This document shows, piece after piece, positions 18,352 to 27,760 of a stretch of DNA of 49,534 bases. The stretch spans positions 1-49,534 of the forward strand of contig PSLI01000012.1 in NCBI GenBank assembly GCA_040289515.1, given 5' to 3'. The translations under genes were made by a program, and so were the position numbers. Every line of letters begins with the position of its first letter. Position 1 is the first letter of the stretch. Below the pieces are notes generated by a model that had not been told where the DNA came from, searched no databases, and saw only the letters and a program-made list of their open reading frames with translations. The DNA is from Candidatus Sysuimicrobiota bacterium. GTDB taxonomy: Bacteria; Sysuimicrobiota; Sysuimicrobiia; Sysuimicrobiales; Sysuimicrobiaceae.

Positions 18352-19127
18352 GCGGAAAGCTCCCAGCCCATCCGCGCCACTTCCGTCCGCAGCGTGCTCC
18401 ACACCCGGCTCACCAAAGAACCGAAGGCGGGGTCCGCGCGCACACCCACGGGGTCCCGGGGCCTGCCGAAGGGCACCCGGTACACCTCCACCAGCCGCGC
18501 ACCGGGCCCGGCGGACATCACCGCCACGCGGTCCGACAGGCTGATGGCCTCCTCCAAATCGTGGGTGACCAGCAGGACCGCAGCTCCCGTGTCGGCCACC
18601 AACCGCGACACGTCCACCTCCAGAAGGTGGCGGACGATGGCGTCCACGCTGGCGAAGGGCTCGTCCATGAGCAGCAGTCGGGGCCGGGCCGCCAGCACCT
18701 GGGCCAGGGCGACCCGCTTGCGCATACCACCGGATAGCTCCGCCGGATAGTGATCCCCAAAGCCCTCCAGCCGCACCCGGCGTAGCCAGCCCTCCGCGCG
18801 TTCCATCGCCTCCCGAATCGGCTGCCCGCGGAAGCGCAGCGGCAGCGCCACGTTCTCCCGCGCGGTCCGCCAGGGTAGCAGGGCGTCGTCCTGGAACAGG
18901 ATGCCCACGTCTGGGCTGGGCCCCCGCACGGGGATCCCGAAGACCTCCACGGAGCCGGCGTGGGGTTGCAGGAGCCCCGCCACGCACCGCAGGAGGGTGC
19001 TCTTCCCGCACCCGGACGGGCCCACCAGGCCCAGGAACTCGCCCTCCTCCAGCTCCAGGTCCACCCCAGCCAGCACCCGGTGCGTTCCGTAGCGCACTTC
19101 CAGGTCCCGGATCCGCAGCGCGCTCAC
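18348..19127 (-). CDS. ABC transporter ATP-binding protein (SsuB/TauB type)
   Basis: Walker A GPSGCGKS, signature LSGGM, Walker B LLLMDEPF and VTHD. Confidence 0.93.
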   Translation of the reverse strand: MSALRIRDLEVRYGTHRVLAGVDLELEEGEFLGLVGPSGCGKSTLLRCVAGLLQPHAGSVEVFGIPVRGPSPDVGILFQDDALLPWRTARENVALPLRFRGQPIREAMERAEGWLRRVRLEGFGDHYPAELSGGMRKRVALAQVLAARPRLLLMDEPFASVDAIVRHLLEVDVSRLVADTGAAVLLVTHDLEEAISLSDRVAVMSAGPGARLVEVYRVPFGRPRDPVGVRADPAFGSLVSRVWSTLRTEVARMGWELSA

Positions 19128-20209
19128 AACCCCTCCACGATGGCGTTCGTCACTAGATCCGCGGGATCCACGGCCCTCGGCAAAACCCCCGCCTGCACCT
19201 GCAGCTCGACCACGCGGCGGACCGCGGTCCGGTCGATGCGGCCGGATTGCGGATACAGGGAGCGGCGGTGCCGCGCCAGGACGGCCTCGAACAGCTCCCG
19301 GTCCCCGCCCGCCACCAGCTCCGGCGGAAGTGCTTCTACCACCAACCTGGGCGTGCCGTAGTGCACCAGGCGCAGGGCTCGGGTGAGGGCCCGCGCCAGC
19401 GCCCGCATCTCCGGCTCCCGCGCCTGCCACTCGTCTTTCCGCACCGCCACGCCCATGAACTCGTACGGGCCGCCCAGCAGCTGTTCCGCCTGTTGGAGGT
19501 CCATAAGGTTGGCTAGCACCCGGCCCCCGCTGCGGCTCAACAGGGTCAAGGCCGGCTCCTGCACCATGCCCGCATCCACGTGGCCCACCCGCAGGGCCTC
19601 GTACAGGTTGGGGCCGAGGACCGCGAAACGCACCCGCTGCGGGTCCACCCCAGCCCGCTTCACCAGGTACAGGGCCAACACATGGTCCGCGTTGCCCAGG
19701 CCGGAGATACCCACCGTCCGACCCAGTAGGTCCGGCAACCCGCGGATGCGCTCGGCCTGAGCGGGGGAGGTCACCAGAGCGAACAGCGGCAGCCTCCCCG
19801 TGGTGAAGAAGCGCACGATGCGTGCTCCGCGGGCAAACGCACTCAGGGCCACGTCGAAGGAGGTGGCCGCGTAGTCCACCGCGCCTCCCACCAGGGCCTG
19901 CATGGCCGCGGCGCCCCCGCGGAAGTACACCAGCTCCACGTCGAGACCCTGCTCCGCGAAGTAGCCGTAACGGCGGGCCACCTCGTACGGCACCACGCAC
20001 AGCAGCTGCCCGCAGAAGCCCAACCGCACCCGCCGGCGCGCCTGCGCCAGCGCCCTCCGTTCCAGGGCGGCCCAGCCGCTCAGCCCCGCGGCCACCAGCC
20101 ACGCCAGGAAACGCCGGCGGGACAACGCGGAATCGGGCTGCGGTCCAGCAGCCTCACTGCACAGCTCCTGGCAGCAGTCCACATCAGGGTGAACACGGCG
20201 TCCGCTCAC
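19124..20209 (-). CDS. ABC substrate-binding protein (NMT1/SsuA-like) with Tat signal
   Basis: SRRRFL twin-arginine motif, GYFAEQGLDVELV and DAGMVQEP. The start codon is uncertain. Confidence 0.85.
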   Translation of the reverse strand: MSGRRVHPDVDCCQELCSEAAGPQPDSALSRRRFLAWLVAAGLSGWAALERRALAQARRRVRLGFCGQLLCVVPYEVARRYGYFAEQGLDVELVYFRGGAAAMQALVGGAVDYAATSFDVALSAFARGARIVRFFTTGRLPLFALVTSPAQAERIRGLPDLLGRTVGISGLGNADHVLALYLVKRAGVDPQRVRFAVLGPNLYEALRVGHVDAGMVQEPALTLLSRSGGRVLANLMDLQQAEQLLGGPYEFMGVAVRKDEWQAREPEMRALARALTRALRLVHYGTPRLVVEALPPELVAGGDRELFEAVLARHRRSLYPQSGRIDRTAVRRVVELQVQAGVLPRAVDPADLVTNAIVEGL

Positions 20210-20456
20210 AACACCACCTCCCCGGAAGTCAGCCAGACCCTACCACAGGGCCGGATGGCGGGCCGCCTGAACGAACTGGATTCTGTAGTAGGAATGCGGC
20301 CGCGCGCGGTCAGGCGACGCGGGAGCCGGCGCGGCAGGTGCCACGCCCCTGCTCCCGCCATAGACAGATGCACTGCCGCGGCGCGAACAAAAGAGGGTGA
20401 ATTGGCCTGGGAGACCTCATGTCCGCAAGCAGTTTACACTACCCATCAGGTCCCCT

Positions 20457-21401
20457 TCAACCTCGGCGGGCCCACCACGGCCAGGCCACGAAAACCACAG
20501 CCCCCACGGCCAGGAGGACGCTGGCGAGCCGCTCTGCGCCGGGTGAACGCGCGGGGACGCCCTCCACGGTCAGGATCAGCACCGCGTCCGCAGCAAGGTC
20601 TCGGGCCGCTCGCCACGTCACCGCACGGCCAGCCAGCCGGCGGGTCTGCCGCACCTCCAAAAGCTCCGACCGGACCTGTAGGGGTTCGGCTGCGAAAACG
20701 TCCAGGGAAGCGGTGGGAAGCCCCGTACGCAGCTGCAGCAGGGACGGCCCGCGGGCCCGCACCCGGTACACCAGCACCGCCGCGCGGTCACCCGGCTGCA
20801 CGGGCAGGGTATCCACCAGGGATCCATCCGGATCCACGCCCGCGGGCACCATCCCCCGCACCACCTGCACCGCTTCCGCCCCCACCAGCAGGGGAACGCG
20901 CCACGTGCCCTCCCCGCCGGACCCCACATACGTGCGGGGTGACGGGTTGTGCACCACCACCACTTCCCGCACCACGAACCACCCGTCATCTTGCTCCAGC
21001 AGCAGCGCCCGCCGCGACACCCACAGGGCGGGCGCCTGGCGGGTGGCCTCGAAGACCCGCAGGGTGAGGGGGGAGGGGTCCGAAGCAGGCCGGGGACCTG
21101 CGGTGTACGTCACGCCCTGGTAGGTGGCCTGCACCACGTGGGTGCGCCGCGCGGGTTCCAGCCGAACCTGGAACGTCCCCCGGGAGTCCGTACGGGTCAC
21201 CACCTCCACCGAGGGCTTACCAGCCTCCATCCCCAGCACCCGCACCTCCAGCCCGCCCACGGGCCGACCCGTCTGGCCGTGCACCACGCGGCCGCGCACG
21301 GTGCCGGCGTGCGCGCCGGCCCAGGCCCACAACACCACCGCGGCTACAACAACAGCGGCCGTGCGCCAGCTGCGGCGGGCAGCAAGCGGCTCAGCCACCA
21401 T
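20457..21401 (-). CDS. exported membrane-anchored protein with carboxypeptidase-regulatory-like beta domain
   Basis: N-terminal signal/TM (AHA), GTVRGRVVHGQTGRPV and TRTDSRGTF, plus a C-terminal TM. Overlaps the ccmH end. Confidence 0.65.
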   Translation of the reverse strand: MVAEPLAARRSWRTAAVVVAAVVLWAWAGAHAGTVRGRVVHGQTGRPVGGLEVRVLGMEAGKPSVEVVTRTDSRGTFQVRLEPARRTHVVQATYQGVTYTAGPRPASDPSPLTLRVFEATRQAPALWVSRRALLLEQDDGWFVVREVVVVHNPSPRTYVGSGGEGTWRVPLLVGAEAVQVVRGMVPAGVDPDGSLVDTLPVQPGDRAAVLVYRVRARGPSLLQLRTGLPTASLDVFAAEPLQVRSELLEVRQTRRLAGRAVTWRAARDLAADAVLILTVEGVPARSPGAERLASVLLAVGAVVFVAWPWWARRG

Positions 21402-21792
21402 CCTCACCGTCCTGCGACCACCCCCACGGGGTCCTGCGGCCGAACCGCACCACCACGTAGCCAACCCCGCCGCCCAGCAACACCGCTGGGGCTAACCACA
21501 GTACCCACCCCGCGCCCTCGCGCGGCGGGACGGCCAGCACCGAGGGTCCGTATCGGTCCACGAAGTAGGCCAGCACCGCCTCCTCCGACTCCCCGCGCGC
21601 GAGCTTCTCACGGATCACCGCCCGCATCTGCGCCGCTAACTCTGACGTGGACTCCGCCACCGTACGCCCCTCGCACACCGGGCACATCAGCTGTGAGGCC
21701 ACCGCGCGCACCCGCTCATCCAGGTCCGAGGAGGCCCACGCGGCCACGCCCCCAACCAGCACTACCGCCACGGCCGTGAGGAGGTGCCTCAC
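21391..21792 (-). CDS. ccmH: cytochrome c biogenesis protein CcmH
   Basis: Motifs LMCPVCEG, VAES.SELA and YFVDRYG.VL..PP, with a C-terminal TM. GTG start overlaps the ccmF stop. Confidence 0.9.
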   Translation of the reverse strand: MRHLLTAVAVVLVGGVAAWASSDLDERVRAVASQLMCPVCEGRTVAESTSELAAQMRAVIREKLARGESEEAVLAYFVDRYGPSVLAVPPREGAGWVLWLAPAVLLGGGVGYVVVRFGRRTPWGWSQDGEDGG

Positions 21793-23834
21793 CGCACCCT
21801 CCCCTCCCGCGGGCCGCGCAGGGCCCGCAGCACCTCCCGAACCGCCCGGCCGCGGTAGCCGTCCTGCGAGATGGGCAGTCCCGGCGAGTACCGATCTGCG
21901 GGCAACCCCACCGTGCCGGGCCGTGGGGGCCACAGGGTCAGCAGGGTCCCCAGCCCGCTCAACAGGGCTCCCAGCCACACCCAACGCACCAGGGGGTTTA
22001 CCCACACGCGGAAGGTGGCCGAGCCGTCGGGCTGGAAGCCCCACAGCACCGCGTACACGTCGTCGTGCCACGTAGAACGGATGGCGGGCCGGCTGACGAC
22101 CTGCCCCCACCGCGGGTACGCAAGTCGCACCGGCTGCAGGAGCGCGGATCCGCTCGCCTGCCGCAGCTCCAGCCGAGCGCGGGTGACGCTGGCCAGGGCC
22201 GTGGCATCCGCCTCCAGGCCACGGTACACGAGGGTGTAAGGGCCCACCGCGAAAGCCTGGTTGGGGCGCACCGTCACCTCCCGCTCCCGCACGTACGCGT
22301 GGCTGCCCACAATACCCACCGCCATCAGTACGACCCCGAGGTGTACCAGGTAGCCGCCGTACCGGCGCGGCTGAGCCCGCAGCGCCTCCCCAAGACCCCT
22401 CAGGTAGCCCCACCCTGCCTTCCGACCGGTCCGGCCGGCCACGTGGAACGCCTGCAGGGTGGCCCCGAAGGCGAAGCCGGCCGCGGCCAAGGCAGCCACC
22501 ACCCCGGGCCGCCGCAGCAGCACCCCAGAAGCGATCCCCACCAGGAGCGCCGCGAACACCGGGTAGCGGAAACGGGCCAGCACGCGCGGGCTGGAGCGCC
22601 GCCACGGCAACACCGTGGCGGCTCCCATGAGGACCAAAAGGGCCACCCCCAAGGGTGCTGCCACCGCGTGGAAGTACGGCGGCCCCACGAACAGCTGCGG
22701 GCCTCCCGCGGCCTGCACACCCAGCGGGTACAGGGTGCCCACCAGTACCGCGCCCGCGAACCCTAAAAACAGGACGTTGTTGAACAGGAAAGCGCCTTCT
22801 CGGGAAACGAGATCCTCCACGGGCGGGCTGCCGCGCAGCTGGTCCCAGCGCCATGCCACCAGGGCGAAGGAGGCCAGCAGTAAGGCAGCCACGAAGGCCA
22901 GGAAGTACGGCCCGATCTCCGAACGGGCGAAGCTGTGCACGGACACCACGAGCCCCGTGCGGGTCAGAAACGAGCCCAGCACCGCGGTGGCGAAAGCCAG
23001 CACCACCAGGCACAGGTTCCACGCGGCAAAGGCGCCGCGGCGCTCCTGCACCACCGCGGAGTGCAGGTATGCGGTGGTCACCAGCCAGGGCACCAGGGCG
23101 GCGTTCTCCACCGGGTCCCATCCCCAGTAGCCGCCCCATCCCAGCGTGCGGTACGCCCACCAGCCGCCCACCACCAGCCCCGCACCAAGACTGAGCCAGC
23201 TGGCCACGGTCCACCGGCGGGTGGCCGCCACCCACGTGCCGTCCAACCTCCCGGTCGTCAGTGCAGCCATGGCAAAGGCGTACGGCACCGAAAGTCCCAC
23301 GAAGCCCCCGTACAGTAAGGGCGGGTGGAGCACCATGCCAGGGTCCTCCAACAGCGGGTTCAGTCCCCGGCCATCCGCGGGGGCGAAGGGGAGAATCTGG
23401 AAGGGTCGCTCCACCACCACGAGGAACACGAAAAATCCCAGCACCAGGCTCAGCACACCGCAGGCCCACGCCGCCAGCTGGGGGTGCGCGGACCGCTGGC
23501 CAGCTACCGCCGCGCCGGCTACCAACCCCAGCAGCCAGCTCCACAACAACAGAGACCCCGCCTGCGAGCCCCACAGGGCGCTCACCCGGTACAGCAGGGG
23601 AGTCGCGAGGCTGGTGTTGCGGACCACGTAACCAAGCCGGAAGTCCCATGTGACGAGGGCGTGGACCAGCACCACCACGCATACGGTGAGCAGGCCTGCC
23701 GCAGCCCACAGGGCCCGCGCGCCGCTTTCCGCCCACCGCACTGTCCCCGTGCGGGCACCGTAAAAGCTGGCGCCGGCGGCGTACACGGACGCGGCCAGGG
23801 CCAGGCCCGCAGACGCAGCACCCAGCTCGCTCAC
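21789..23834 (-). CDS. ccmF: cytochrome c heme lyase CcmF
   Basis: WWD motif WGGYWGWDPVEN, GLNPLL, HPPLLY, SVHSFA and VNPLVRWVW. Confidence 0.96.
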   Translation of the reverse strand: MSELGAASAGLALAASVYAAGASFYGARTGTVRWAESGARALWAAAGLLTVCVVVLVHALVTWDFRLGYVVRNTSLATPLLYRVSALWGSQAGSLLLWSWLLGLVAGAAVAGQRSAHPQLAAWACGVLSLVLGFFVFLVVVERPFQILPFAPADGRGLNPLLEDPGMVLHPPLLYGGFVGLSVPYAFAMAALTTGRLDGTWVAATRRWTVASWLSLGAGLVVGGWWAYRTLGWGGYWGWDPVENAALVPWLVTTAYLHSAVVQERRGAFAAWNLCLVVLAFATAVLGSFLTRTGLVVSVHSFARSEIGPYFLAFVAALLLASFALVAWRWDQLRGSPPVEDLVSREGAFLFNNVLFLGFAGAVLVGTLYPLGVQAAGGPQLFVGPPYFHAVAAPLGVALLVLMGAATVLPWRRSSPRVLARFRYPVFAALLVGIASGVLLRRPGVVAALAAAGFAFGATLQAFHVAGRTGRKAGWGYLRGLGEALRAQPRRYGGYLVHLGVVLMAVGIVGSHAYVREREVTVRPNQAFAVGPYTLVYRGLEADATALASVTRARLELRQASGSALLQPVRLAYPRWGQVVSRPAIRSTWHDDVYAVLWGFQPDGSATFRVWVNPLVRWVWLGALLSGLGTLLTLWPPRPGTVGLPADRYSPGLPISQDGYRGRAVREVLRALRGPREGRVR

Positions 23835-23973
23835 CGTCGTCCCTCCGCTTCTCCTGGAGTCCGCCGGCCGCCCTTCACCGGGCCGCAGCCCACCCGCCCT
23901 CGGGCGGGTGCATCTCCATCCATGACCTCCCTCCGGACCGCGCTACTTACAGTAGCCCGGTGCGGGGGACTCC

Positions 23974-24777
23974 TCAACGGACCCCTACAGGGAGGGCGGC
24001 CAGCACCACCGAGGCGCGGTCCGGCTCGCGGGTAGCGCACACCAGCCAAAGGTCCAGTGCGCGTGTCCGGCGCCGCCGCTCCCCGGAGTCGAGGTACTCC
24101 GCCGCGTGCAGCAGCCGGGCTACCGCCTCTGGGTCCACCTCGCCCCCAGCTACCTCGGTGGCGAAGGTCCGCACCAGGTCAGAACCAAGGCCACCAGGGG
24201 CTCCGCTTATCATACCCGCCATGAGCGTGCCGCGGGCCGCCACCAGCAGCATCCGCACCTCCCCCGAGGGCTGCGCGTAGGTCCGGAACTCCAGCTCCTC
24301 GCCCAGTTTTTCCTGCGCGCTTCGAATGGACCCCGTGTAGCGGAACCCGTGCACCCGCGCAAGAGGGCCAGCTTCAACCCCCGCCACGCGGCCGCGGCAG
24401 AAGGGGGGCGCCGCCCTGCGGGGCGGCCAGGCGGACAAGGCGGTCATGGCCTCCTGCAGCTGCTCCAGCAGGGTCGCGTGCACGGCGGGATCCGGGGCCT
24501 GTTCGGGGGCGCTGCGGGCCGCGCCGGGCCCTTCTGTCCGCAGCCCCGCCTCCGCCCGGAACCGGTCGTACTCCTCCCGGCGCTGGGGATCCGACAGCAC
24601 GGCGAACGCTTCATTGATGAGCTGTGCCCGCTCCACGTCCCCGCCCAGGTCCGGGTGGTACTTCAGCTCCAGCAGGAGCACGTGGTAGACTTTGCGGATG
24701 ACGGCAGGATGGGCGCTCGGGTGCACCTGCAGCACCTCGTAGTAGTCCACATCGGTGCGGAAGCGCGCGTTCGCCAT
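23974..24777 (-). CDS. J-domain protein with uncharacterised C-terminal domain
   Basis: N-terminal DYYEVLQV...KYHPD...INEAFAVLSDP..R..YD. The C-terminal part is not recognised. Confidence 0.8.
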   Translation of the reverse strand: MANARFRTDVDYYEVLQVHPSAHPAVIRKVYHVLLLELKYHPDLGGDVERAQLINEAFAVLSDPQRREEYDRFRAEAGLRTEGPGAARSAPEQAPDPAVHATLLEQLQEAMTALSAWPPRRAAPPFCRGRVAGVEAGPLARVHGFRYTGSIRSAQEKLGEELEFRTYAQPSGEVRMLLVAARGTLMAGMISGAPGGLGSDLVRTFATEVAGGEVDPEAVARLLHAAEYLDSGERRRRTRALDLWLVCATREPDRASVVLAALPVGVR

Positions 24778-24880
24778 CCCGACCCCCGGGCCCGTCTCCT
24801 GCTAGCTTTATACCCCAGTCCGGGAACACCCCGGACCTTCGCGAGCCGTCGGGGCGGTCCTGTGGCGCGGAGGGGAAAAC

Positions 24881-25798
24881 ATGCGTGACGTGCTGATCCT
24901 GGGCTCCGGGCCGGCGGGGCTGACCGCGGCCATCTACGCGGCCCGGGCTAACCTGTACCCCCTGGTTCTGGAGGGCTCCCAGCCGGGCGGCCAGCTCATG
25001 TTGACCACCGAGGTGGAGAACTATCCCGGCTTCGCGGAGCCCATCCTGGGCCCCGAGCTCATGCAGCAGATGCGCCGCCAGGCGGAGCGGGTGGGCGCGG
25101 AGTTTGTGCCGGAGGACGCGGTGGCGGTGGACTTCCGCACCCGTCCGTTCCGGGTGCAGGCGGGCAACGGGGAGGTGTACCAGGCGAGGGCGGTGATCGT
25201 GGCCACGGGCGCGCGGGCCCGCATGCTGGGGCTGCCGTCGGAAAGCAAGTACCTGGGGCGCGGCGTCAGCACCTGCGCCACCTGCGACGGCTTCTTTTTC
25301 CGCGGCAAGCGGGTGGTGGTGGGGGGAGGGGATACCGCCATGGAGGAGGCCCTGTACCTGGCCAACCTGGCCGCCTCCGTGCGGGTGGTGCACCGCCGGG
25401 ACCAGCTCCGCGCCAGCCGGATTCTGCAGGATCGAGCTTTTCGCCATCCCAAGATCGAGTTCGTGTGGAACCACGTGGTGGAGGAGATCCTGGGGAAGGA
25501 CTCCCGGGTCACGGGGGTCCGCCTGCGCCACACGCAGACGGGAGCCTTACAGGAGCTGGAGACGGACGGGGTGTTCGTGGCCATCGGTCACGTGCCCAAC
25601 ACCGACCTGTTCCGGGGACAGCTGGAGGTGGACCCCGCGGGGTACGTAGTCCTTAAGCGCGGGATGATGACCAGCGTGGAGGGCGTGTTCGCCGCGGGGG
25701 ACGTGCACGACCACACCTACCGCCAGGCCGTAACCGCGGCGGGCTACGGGTGCCAGGCCGCCATGGAGGCGGAGCGCTGGCTGGCCCAGCAGGACTGA
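24881..25798 (+). CDS. trxB: thioredoxin reductase
   Basis: Motifs GSGPAG, GGQL, CATCDG, GGGDTAMEEA and GVFAAGDV. Confidence 0.96.
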   Translation: MRDVLILGSGPAGLTAAIYAARANLYPLVLEGSQPGGQLMLTTEVENYPGFAEPILGPELMQQMRRQAERVGAEFVPEDAVAVDFRTRPFRVQAGNGEVYQARAVIVATGARARMLGLPSESKYLGRGVSTCATCDGFFFRGKRVVVGGGDTAMEEALYLANLAASVRVVHRRDQLRASRILQDRAFRHPKIEFVWNHVVEEILGKDSRVTGVRLRHTQTGALQELETDGVFVAIGHVPNTDLFRGQLEVDPAGYVVLKRGMMTSVEGVFAAGDVHDHTYRQAVTAAGYGCQAAMEAERWLAQQD

Positions 25799-25865
25799 AG
25801 GCCGTTTTCCCCGAAGCCTTCCTAGCCCGGGGTTCCTGCTGGTCGCGTTGGCGCAGCGCGGGCGC

Positions 25866-26201
25866 TTACACGCTCGCGCCCACCGCGGCGTCGATGCGCC
25901 GCTTGAGCTCCGCCTTGGGCATGTACCCGATGATGCGCTCCACCAGGGCGCCGCCCTTGAACACCCCCAAGGTGGGGATGGACAGGACGTTGTAGCGTAC
26001 CGCGGTGGCCGGGTTGCGGTCCACGTCCAGCTTGGCAAACTTCACCCGCCCCTCGTACTCCCGTGCCAGCTCCTCCACGATGGGAGCGATCATGCGGCAG
26101 GGACCGCACCACGCCGCCCAGAAGTCCACCACGGTGGGCAGCTCCGCCTGCAGAACCTCTCGGTCGAAGTTCTCGTCGGTGACCTCTACGGGCTTCGCCA
26201 T
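25866..26201 (-). CDS. trxA: thioredoxin
   Basis: VDFWAAWCGPC and SIPTL. Start placed at MAKPVEV after GGAGG. Confidence 0.96.
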   Translation of the reverse strand: MAKPVEVTDENFDREVLQAELPTVVDFWAAWCGPCRMIAPIVEELAREYEGRVKFAKLDVDRNPATAVRYNVLSIPTLGVFKGGALVERIIGYMPKAELKRRIDAAVGASV

Positions 26202-26348
26202 CGTTCCGGATCCCTCCTCGAGCTTTCTTTCCCGCCGCAACGTCCCACGGGCGTGCGGTATTTCCGCCAGGGATCCTAACACGACCGCAGGGAGGCCGGC
26301 CCGCCGCGGTGAACTTCCCGCCCGAGACCAGCCGCGGGAGGTGTCGGA

Positions 26349-27473
26349 GTGACCGGCTCGGTGCGCGTGGGGCGGGTGGCGGGAATCACCGTGCAGATCC
26401 ACGCCACCTGGTTTTTGGCCGTGTGGGCCATCGCGGGGTCGTTGGCCCGCACGGTTTTCCCGCAGCGGATCCCGGGCCTGCCGGAGGCCGCCTACTGGAC
26501 CATGGGCTTCTCGGGGGCGCTCTTGCTGTTCGCCTCGGTGCTGGTGCACGAACTCGGACACGCCCTGGTGGCCCGGCACTTCCGCATCCCCACCCGCAGC
26601 ATCACCCTGTTTTTGTTTGGCGGGGTAGCCCACATCGCCCGGGAGCCCGCAAGGCCCGCGCATGAGCTGTGGGTGGCCCTGGCAGGACCGGCCACCTCCG
26701 TGGTTCTGGCGGGCGTGTTCCGGCTGCTCACGCCCCCGGGACCCGCGGTGCCGGCAACCGCGCTGATGGGCTACCTGTCCTCGGTGAACCTGCTGCTGGC
26801 CGCTTTCAACCTCCTCCCTGCCTTCCCCTTGGACGGGGGACGGGTCCTGCGGGCCTTGCTGTGGTCCCTGTGGGGCTTCGAACGCGCCACCCGCGTTACC
26901 ACTTACCTGGGGCACGCGGCCGCCGCGGTTTTCATCGCCCTGGGGGTACTGGCCATCTTCGCAGGCCGGCCGGTCGACGGCCTGTGGATGGTACTCATCG
27001 GCTGGTTTCTGGACCAGGGCGCGGGAGCCTCTTACCAGCAGATGCTGCTCCGCCACGCCCTGCGGGGCGTCCGGGTCCAGGACATCATGACCCGCGACCC
27101 GGTGACCTTGGAGGCGGGCCTAACCCTGGAGGAGGCGGTGGCGGGGTACTTTCTCCCCCGCAAGCACGGCGGCTACCCCGTGGTGTACGGGGAGCGTCTA
27201 GTGGGCATCCTCACCCTGCACGACCTCAAGCAGGTGCCGCGGGAACGGTGGGCCACCACCCGCGTGCGGGAGGCCATGACGCCCATCGGCCGGGCCCGCA
27301 CGGTGCGGCCCGAGACCCTCGCGTACGACGCCCTCGCGCGCATGGTGGAGGCGGGCGTGGGTCGCCTCCTCGTGTTGGACGCGGACGGCGAGCTGGTAGG
27401 CATCCTCACCCGCAGCGACCTGCTGCACCTCCTACGGCTCCGGTCCGAACCCGGGCCCGAGCCCCTCGACTGA
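26349..27473 (+). CDS. site-2 protease (M50) with CBS pair
   Basis: HELGH, FNLLPAFPLDGG and two C-terminal CBS domains. Confidence 0.93.
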   Translation: MTGSVRVGRVAGITVQIHATWFLAVWAIAGSLARTVFPQRIPGLPEAAYWTMGFSGALLLFASVLVHELGHALVARHFRIPTRSITLFLFGGVAHIAREPARPAHELWVALAGPATSVVLAGVFRLLTPPGPAVPATALMGYLSSVNLLLAAFNLLPAFPLDGGRVLRALLWSLWGFERATRVTTYLGHAAAAVFIALGVLAIFAGRPVDGLWMVLIGWFLDQGAGASYQQMLLRHALRGVRVQDIMTRDPVTLEAGLTLEEAVAGYFLPRKHGGYPVVYGERLVGILTLHDLKQVPRERWATTRVREAMTPIGRARTVRPETLAYDALARMVEAGVGRLLVLDADGELVGILTRSDLLHLLRLRSEPGPEPLD

Positions 27474-27760
27474 AGGTGCCAGGTCCTCACGGGGCGCGGT
27501 ACCTGCCCCCTTTGTGATCCGACTTCAAGCGGACCTGGCACCGTGCGGGATCACGGGTCTGGTGGACCTGCGGCCCGTGGAGCGGTGCGCGGAGGTGTGC
27601 TGCACCCTCTTGCTGCCGCCGTACCGGCGCGGGACGGCCGGGTGCCCGACACCTGCGTGGATCGCCTCCTGCACACGCAGTGGCCCGCGGTACGGGAAAG
27701 GTTGCGGGAACGTTGCTGGCAGCACACGCGGGCCTCGACCCCCGCGAGGTCCTGAACCGG

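Noticed and set aside
20405..20458. Hammerhead, TPP or fluoride riboswitch match
   Set aside because: CTGATGG lacks the CUGANGA/GAAA core, and the conserved TPP and fluoride motifs are absent.
25797..25865. Terminator between convergent trxB and trxA
   Set aside because: Only a weak 6-bp stem with no U tract.
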